The notes under the pieces are model-generated. The model was not told the DNA's origin. It was given only the letters and a program-made list of their open reading frames with translations, and did no database searches. A stretch of 62,408 nt of DNA, filler included, from Rhizaria sp. SCN 62-66 (taxonomy: Eukaryota): NCBI GenBank assembly GCA_001724265.1. It is 4 parts of 4 records of this genome, joined end to end, with 100 filler letters (N's around TTAATTAATTAA, not from the genome) between each part and the next. Parts side by side here need not be neighbours in the genome. Positions count along the whole stretch, not along the records: positions 56,409 to 62,408 come from MEDY01000712.1; 3 more parts are not named here. The stretch is one strand, 5' to 3'. Shown here piece by piece: positions 56,309 to 62,408 of the stretch; position 1 is the first letter of the stretch; each line of letters starts with the position of its first letter. Made by a program: the position numbers and the translations under genes.

Positions 56309-56408
56309 NNNNNNNNNNNNNNNNNNNNNNNNNNNNNNNNNNNNNNNNNNNNTTAATTAATTAANNNNNNNNNNNNNNNNNNNNNNNNNNNNNNNNNNNN
56401 NNNNNNNN
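56309..56408. other. Artificial contig spacer
   Basis: N44-TTAATTAATTAA-N44. Confidence 0.97.
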
Positions 56409-59400
56409 GAGCGCGAGGCCGCCGCGGCCGCGGAGGCACGCGCCGAGGCAGAGCGCGCGCGCGAGGCGCTTGCGGCCCGCGGCGTGCGCGCGGAGGAAGA
56501 CGCGGCTGCGCGCGAGCAGGCCGCTGTCGCCCGCGCGGCGGCCGCGGCGGCCCGCGAGGCGGCGCTGCGCGAGAGTCTGGCGCAGACGCGCGAGGAGCTG
56601 GCCCAAGCGCAGGCACGCGCGCGCGCCGCGGGGTCGGAGCTGGAGAGCGCGGCCGAGCGCGCAGAGCACCTGGCCGGCATGGACGCGCAGCGGCGCCGGC
56701 TCAAGCTGGCGCTCGACGCGGTGAAGCGCGAGCTGCTGCGGCGCGCCGAGGCCGCGGGCGTGCGCGTTGAGCGCTACACCGACGAGACCGACAGCAACGA
56801 GTTCGTTCACAACAACGACGACGATGATACTGGTGGTGACGCGCACAACAGAAGCGCGATATCGCCGATGACCCCGCGCAAGGGCGCCCACGGCGGGTTC
56901 AGCGCGGCGACGACGCCGCAGCGCACGCGCTCAACCGCGGCGCGCACGCCCGGCGGGACGTTGCCCGCACTGCTGTCCCCCGGCGCGCCCGCGGTGCGGC
57001 CCGCGTCGCCCGTGCGCGCGAGCGAGGTCGACGCCGTGCTGGGCGGCCGCGGCTTCGGGCTCTGGGGCTGCGATGCGCTCGACGCGGCCTATGCGGCCAT
57101 GGCGCGCGCGCTGCGTCAGGCCGAGCACGAGCTGCAGATGGAGCGACTACGCGCGGGCGACGCGCAGTCGGCGCACGAGGGCGAGGCAGCGCGGCTCAAG
57201 CGGCTCGCTGACGAGCTCACCGCGGCGATGCGGCGTGCGGAGGATCAGGCGCGCGGCGCCGACGAGCAGCTGCGCACGCTCGCGGCGACGCAGGCCGAGG
57301 CCGCCGCGCTGCGGACCAAGGTCGCCGAGCTGACGCGCCTGGCCGAGACGGCCGCGGCGGACGCGGCGGCCGCGGCGCGCGGCAAGGCGGATGAGGGCGC
57401 GCGCGTACGCGACGCCGAGGCCGCACGCGCCGCCGCCGAGGCCGAGGCCGCCAAGTGGCGTGAGGACGCCGGGCGCGCGCGCGGCGACCTGGAGGCCGAG
57501 CTCGCGCGACTGTCAGCCGCCGTGGACGAGCTGACGGTGCGGAACCGGTCGCTGACGCGGCAGCTGAGCGGGCGGGAGGACCAGTTGTCGGAGCTGGAGG
57601 AAGTGATTCGAAACCTCGAGGCGCTGCTCGGCAAGGAGCGCCGCCAGCAGGCCGCGCACGGCGAAGACTTCACAGCCATCATGCGGCGCAAGGAGTCTGT
57701 GCTTGCGCACCACACCGAGGAGATGGAGCGGCTCCGCGGCGAAATGCAGGCCGCGATGCAGCAGCAGCTGGACCACGTGCAGCGGCTCTCGGATACGGTG
57801 CAGCGTAACGAAGAGGCGCTGGAGCGCGCGCAGAGCGAGATCACGGCGCTCGAGACGCAGCTGGCCGCCGCCGTGGCCGCCGAGGCGCGCGCGGGGGCCG
57901 AGGCCGCGCGCTGGCGCCAGTGGGGCGAGGACCACGCCGCCGCGGTCGAGGACGTCGACACGCTGCGCCGCGATTGCAACGAGGCCCTGGAACGCGCGAG
58001 CCGCGCTGAGGCTGCCGCGGCCGACGCCGCCGAGTGCCGCGCCGCCGTCGCGCGCACGCAGTCGGCACTGCTAGACTCGCGCGCGCAGCTGGGCGCGGCC
58101 GTGCGCGAGCTCGAGGACCAGCGCCTCGCGGCCGCCAAGGACCGCCGCGCGCTGGCCAGCGAGGCGGAGCAGCTGGCCGAGGGCAAGGCCGCGGCCGAGC
58201 GCGCCGTCGCCGGTGCACGCGACGCCGCGCGGGCCGCCGAGGTGCGGGCCGACGAGGCGCGCGCCGCGGCGCACCGCATCGCGCTGGAGCGCGACGAGTG
58301 GGAGCGCGCGACCGCCGACGCGCGGGCCGACGCCGTGCGCGCGCGCGAGACCGCGGCCGAGGCGCAGGCGCGCGGGCGCGAGCTGGCCGCCGCCGTCGAG
58401 GCGCGCGAGGCCGCGGCGCGCGCGGTGGCCGCGGAGGGCGAGCGCGCCGCTGCTGGTGCTGCGCAGCGCGCAGCGCTGATGGACGCCGCGGCCGCGCAGC
58501 ACGAGCAGGCGCTGTCGCGCGCGCGCGAGGACGCTGCCGCTGAGCAGACGCGGTTGGGCGTAGCCGCCACCGATGCCGCCGCGCGTGCCGGTGCCGCTGA
58601 GGAGCGCGCAGACGCGCTAGAGCGCGCGCTGGCCGCCGCAAACGAGCGCGTGCGCGTCGCAGAGAACGCGCGCGAGGCCGCCGAGCGCGAGCAGCGCGAC
58701 TTCGTTGCCGTGCGCGAGCGCGCCGAGGCGCTGCTGTCGGCCAAGGCCGGCGCCGACGCCGCTGCTGGCGACGCCACGCGCAGCAAGGAGCACGCCGAGG
58801 CGCGCGCACGGGCCGCCGAGCGCCGCGCACGCACGGCCGAGCTCGAGGCGCGCGCGCTGCGCGACAGTCTGGCCGCCTACCACGACGGCGAGCGCAGCAA
58901 GCTCGCGGTGCTCGGTGGCGGCAACGCGGGCGCCGACGGCAACGGCAGTAGCAGCGGCGGTGCGCGTGTGCGCGACGTCACCGCGAGCGGGCCCTTCGCG
59001 CGCTCGCTGCCGTGGCTCGCCAACAGCAACGCCGGTTCTGCCAACAGCCGTGGTATGGACGCGGGCGCGATCGACTCGGACGATGAGGACGCCGGCACCG
59101 CTGCCATTGCCCTGGCCGGTGTCCCCGGAGTGCTGCCGCCGGCCGCGCCCGCCGAGGTCGCCGCTAGCGAGGCCTATCCTGCCTTCTCGGACGCGCCTTC
59201 TGACCCAGCCCTCGCGGTCGCCGCCGCCACGCGCGCCGCCGCCCACGCCGCCGCGGCCGCGCACACGGCGGGCCCCGCGGGCGAGGACGCCGGCGCCGGC
59301 GCGCGCGCGGGCGCGGACATCAACGCCGCGGCCGCGGGCGCCGCCGAGCGCGCGCGTGCCGTAGACAGCGCAAACGCCGTGCTCGACGGGTGGCTGAGTC

Positions 59401-61868
59401 TGGACACGGTCGAGGCCGCGGCAGCGACGGGCGCGGTGCCGGGCAGCGCGGTGGAGGCGCTGCAGGCGAAGCTCAACGCGGCCGCGCTGCTGCTGCTGCA
59501 CGCGCGCGGCCAGCGGCGCCAGCTCTGGGCCGCGCTGCAGGCCCGCGACGGCGCCGTGGCCCGCGCGGAGGACAAGGCTGCCGTGGCGCGGGCCGATGCG
59601 GCGCGCGCGCTCGCCGCCGCCGACGCCGCGACGGCCGCCGCGGAAGGGCTGGAGGCCGAGGTGGCTGCGCTGGAGCAGCGGCTGAGTAAGCAGCAGGATG
59701 CACGCACCGACCTCGAGCGCAAGCTCTTTGTCGACAGGCCCGCTAACGTCGGCAATAACAGCGGCAACAACGGTTTGCTCACGTATAATAATAATAACAA
59801 CAACAGCAACGGCGACAGTGCTACTAGAGGCGGACTAGCTGCGAGCAGCGGTGCCCACAGCGGCGGCGACTACTCTGTCTCTGCCTCAGTCGACGGTCAC
59901 GGCAACGCTGACTCCCACGCGAGCTCGAGCTCGGTCACTGGCACGGTGCAAAGCGCGCTCGAGGGCCTCCGCGGCGACGCCGCCGCGGCCCTGCGCGCGG
60001 ACGTGGCCCGCTGGCAGGCGCTCTGCGACGGCGAGGCCCGCGCCGCCCACGCCGAGCGCGCGCGCGCGCAGCGGCTGACGGCGCGTGTGCTCGCCGCGGT
60101 GCAGCGGGCACAGGCACTGCAGCTGCAGACGGCGCTGGCGGAGCAGGCCTCGCTCGCGGCGCTGGCGCAGCGCGACGCCGCAGAGGAGGCCAAGACGCGT
60201 GGCATTGCCGAGGCGCACGCTGTGGCCGCCGCGCAGGCCAAGGTCGACGCCGCGCGCATGGCGCAGGAGGCCGTGGACGCCGCGCGCGCCGAGGCTGACG
60301 CCGCCACCGACGCCGCCGCGCTTGCGCGGGCCGAAGCGCGGGCCAGCGCGGAGGCCGCTGAGGCGCTGAATGTGCGCGTGGACCGGCTCACCGACGACGC
60401 GCGGGCCGCTGCGGGCGCGCTCGCTGCCGCCGAGGCCGCGCGCGCCGCCGCCGAGGGCGAGCGTGAGCGCGCGGCCGAGCGGGCTGACGCGGCGACCGAG
60501 GCCGCGGCTGCCGCGCGCGAGCGGGCTGCCGCGGCGGCGCGCGCTGCCGAGGACGCCGAGGCTGAGGCGGCTGAGTGCCGAGCGCGCACGCACGAGCTGG
60601 AGGCCGCGCTGGCCGTATCCGAGTCTGCCGCCGCCGAGGCCGCCGCGCGCGCCGACGCCGAGGCCGTCACGGTCGCGGCGCTGCGCAGCGAAGCCGAGAC
60701 GCTCTCGGAGCAGATCTCGATGCTGCAGCACAACGCGCAGGAGGCCGCTGAGCAGCTTGAAGCCGCCGCCGCAGAGAGCGCGGCGCTGCGCGGCGCCGCG
60801 GCGGCCGCTGAGGAGGCCGCAGCGCTCGCCGAGGCCGCCGCCGCGGAGGAGCGCGCGCGCGCTGACGCGGCCCGCGAGCTGGCCGGCGCGCTCGAGGGCG
60901 CCGTGCGCACCACTGGGGCCGCGCTGGGCGAGGTCGAGGCGCGCAGCGGCGCGGCGGCAGAAGAGCTTGAAGAGGCCGCTGCCGTCGCCGCGAGCGCGCT
61001 GCGCAACGAGGCCGCCGCCGCGCGCGCTGCCGGCGTCGATGTCGACAGCCTCGACCTCGAGCTTGACTCCGACTTTAACAACAATGGCAACAGCGGCAGA
61101 GATGCGGACATGTCGTTCCTCTCTGCCACCGCCGCGCACGACAACACAGGCAGCTTGAACCGCTCCGTGCGCGCCGCCGACGCGGCCCACCGCACCGCCG
61201 CGCCCGCGGCCCGCGCAGTGGACCGCGTGCTGCGAGCGGCGTCTCTGCTTCGCGCCGCCGCCGCCGCACGCGCTCAGTGCGCCGCGGCCGTGCAAGGCGA
61301 CTGCGCTGCGCGGCTCCGCGGCGCACAGCATGAGCTCGCGGCGGGCGCCGCGCTGCGAGAGCGCTGCGGCGTCGCAGGCCGCGCCGTGGCCGCGACTGCA
61401 GCGGCGCTGCAGCGGCTGCAGCGGCACGGCGCGCGCGGCGTCGCGGCGCTCAAGCAGCATCACGCGCTGCGCACGCGCGCCGCCGCGTTACTGCCCGAGC
61501 CGCTGCCGCTGTCGCCCGCGCTGACCGACGCCGCCGCCGCGCTCAACAACGCAGGCGCGAGCTCGAGCGCGAGCGCTGGTGACGCCGGCGACGACGGGCG
61601 CGCGCTGGCGGCGGCGGCGCTGGCTACAGCGCAGGCGGCCGACTCCGCTGCGGCGCACGCCGACGGGTTTGCCGAGGCTGCGCGCGCTCTTGTGCTGGAC
61701 GCGGCGGCGGCGCGGCGCGCGCGGGCTGAGCGCGGCGAGTTCCCGCTTCCAGAGGACGTCGAGGACGCCGCCGCGATGGGCGCCTGGGCCGCGGGGCTGC
61801 GCAGGCGCGTTGTGGCTGAGCTCGTTGCGCACGGTGTGCTTTCCAGGGACCCATACGCGTCGCAGTGA
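56409..61868 (+). CDS. Long Ala/Glu/Arg-rich coiled-coil protein, 5'-truncated
   Basis: The frame is open from the contig start and heptad-like over more than 1500 aa. Ends in TGA followed by an AT-rich 3' region. Confidence 0.8.
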   Translation, partial: EREAAAAAEARAEAERAREALAARGVRAEEDAAAREQAAVARAAAAAAREAALRESLAQTREELAQAQARARAAGSELESAAERAEHLAGMDAQRRRLKLALDAVKRELLRRAEAAGVRVERYTDETDSNEFVHNNDDDDTGGDAHNRSAISPMTPRKGAHGGFSAATTPQRTRSTAARTPGGTLPALLSPGAPAVRPASPVRASEVDAVLGGRGFGLWGCDALDAAYAAMARALRQAEHELQMERLRAGDAQSAHEGEAARLKRLADELTAAMRRAEDQARGADEQLRTLAATQAEAAALRTKVAELTRLAETAAADAAAAARGKADEGARVRDAEAARAAAEAEAAKWREDAGRARGDLEAELARLSAAVDELTVRNRSLTRQLSGREDQLSELEEVIRNLEALLGKERRQQAAHGEDFTAIMRRKESVLAHHTEEMERLRGEMQAAMQQQLDHVQRLSDTVQRNEEALERAQSEITALETQLAAAVAAEARAGAEAARWRQWGEDHAAAVEDVDTLRRDCNEALERASRAEAAAADAAECRAAVARTQSALLDSRAQLGAAVRELEDQRLAAAKDRRALASEAEQLAEGKAAAERAVAGARDAARAAEVRADEARAAAHRIALERDEWERATADARADAVRARETAAEAQARGRELAAAVEAREAAARAVAAEGERAAAGAAQRAALMDAAAAQHEQALSRAREDAAAEQTRLGVAATDAAARAGAAEERADALERALAAANERVRVAENAREAAEREQRDFVAVRERAEALLSAKAGADAAAGDATRSKEHAEARARAAERRARTAELEARALRDSLAAYHDGERSKLAVLGGGNAGADGNGSSSGGARVRDVTASGPFARSLPWLANSNAGSANSRGMDAGAIDSDDEDAGTAAIALAGVPGVLPPAAPAEVAASEAYPAFSDAPSDPALAVAAATRAAAHAAAAAHTAGPAGEDAGAGARAGADINAAAAGAAERARAVDSANAVLDGWLSLDTVEAAAATGAVPGSAVEALQAKLNAAALLLLHARGQRRQLWAALQARDGAVARAEDKAAVARADAARALAAADAATAAAEGLEAEVAALEQRLSKQQDARTDLERKLFVDRPANVGNNSGNNGLLTYNNNNNNSNGDSATRGGLAASSGAHSGGDYSVSASVDGHGNADSHASSSSVTGTVQSALEGLRGDAAAALRADVARWQALCDGEARAAHAERARAQRLTARVLAAVQRAQALQLQTALAEQASLAALAQRDAAEEAKTRGIAEAHAVAAAQAKVDAARMAQEAVDAARAEADAATDAAALARAEARASAEAAEALNVRVDRLTDDARAAAGALAAAEAARAAAEGERERAAERADAATEAAAAARERAAAAARAAEDAEAEAAECRARTHELEAALAVSESAAAEAAARADAEAVTVAALRSEAETLSEQISMLQHNAQEAAEQLEAAAAESAALRGAAAAAEEAAALAEAAAAEERARADAARELAGALEGAVRTTGAALGEVEARSGAAAEELEEAAAVAASALRNEAAAARAAGVDVDSLDLELDSDFNNNGNSGRDADMSFLSATAAHDNTGSLNRSVRAADAAHRTAAPAARAVDRVLRAASLLRAAAAARAQCAAAVQGDCAARLRGAQHELAAGAALRERCGVAGRAVAATAAALQRLQRHGARGVAALKQHHALRTRAAALLPEPLPLSPALTDAAAALNNAGASSSASAGDAGDDGRALAAAALATAQAADSAAAHADGFAEAARALVLDAAAARRARAERGEFPLPEDVEDAAAMGAWAAGLRRRVVAELVAHGVLSRDPYASQ

Positions 61869-62315
61869 GAGATTCGGAATGCGTACGTAGGACAAGGACA
61901 CAACGCTAATTGTGTCTCTGAAACGCTAACACTGAACACCGGACACAATGATCGTTTATCAATCGTAGTAGCAGTGACGAGTATGTGTACAATGATATGA
62001 TAGAGATCTAATACGATTGAATATGAATATACTATGCAGGAATACAAAACTAGAATAGGATCAGCAAGCTTTTCATACGACGCAGACAACGCAGAAGTGA
62101 CATAATGAAAGTTACACAGAAAGTTACGCAGATAAAAGAGTTGGTGAAGATGGTCATTTTGTATTGCTTGGCACAAACCGGCGGGTTAACGCCGTCTCAG
62201 GTTTCACAACACACATACACACACCCACACGCGTTGCAAGCGAGCCTACAGCGCGGGCGGACGTGCATACGGGGGAGGAGACTTGGTCCCGTATACTACA
62301 GTAAGGTTGAGTTGC

Positions 62316-62408
62316 TTAGTAGACGAAGCCGAGGATCTTGCCACCGACGTGCTTGCGGCGGGCCTCGTTGTGGTCCATGATGCCCTTGGAGGTGGTCATG
62401 ATGACGAG
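62316..62408 (-). CDS. RPS15A: 40S ribosomal protein S15a (uS8), C-terminal fragment
   Basis: Translates as [33 protein letters not shown], the conserved uS8 C-terminus. Confidence 0.93.
   Translation of the reverse strand, partial: LVIMTTSKGIMDHNEARRKHVGGKILGFVY

Noticed and set aside
460-61901. Many long antisense and alternate-frame ORFs over the GC-rich genes
   Set aside because: These are expected shadows of high-GC, Ala-rich coding sequence and have no recognisable domains.

Overview
The window is four separate eukaryotic contigs joined by 100-nt N/TTAATTAATTAA spacers (1-21159, 21260-36862, 36963-56308, 56409-62408). Contigs 1, 2 and 4 are GC-rich protist nuclear DNA. They carry a giant Ala-rich protein, an ABCC/MRP transporter, YME1/FtsH protease, a large EGF/TSP-like surface protein, a spliced coiled-coil gene, cytochrome c1, a second coiled-coil protein and RPS15A. 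In these genes all six visible true stops are TAA or TGA, while three TAG codons lie in-frame inside otherwise open frames, suggesting UAG-only stop-codon reassignment. Contig 3 is an AT-rich, heterolobosean-like rDNA unit (repeat-rich spacer, SSU, long ITS1, 5.8S, LSU). It is interrupted by 11 group I-type introns at S516, S529, S956, S1199, L798, L1926, L1949, L2066, L2449, L2473 and L2584 (E. coli numbering by my own alignment). Three introns carry His-Cys box homing endonucleases in the P1 loop. One is a 129-nt near-coreless mini-intron inside the peptidyl-transferase centre.
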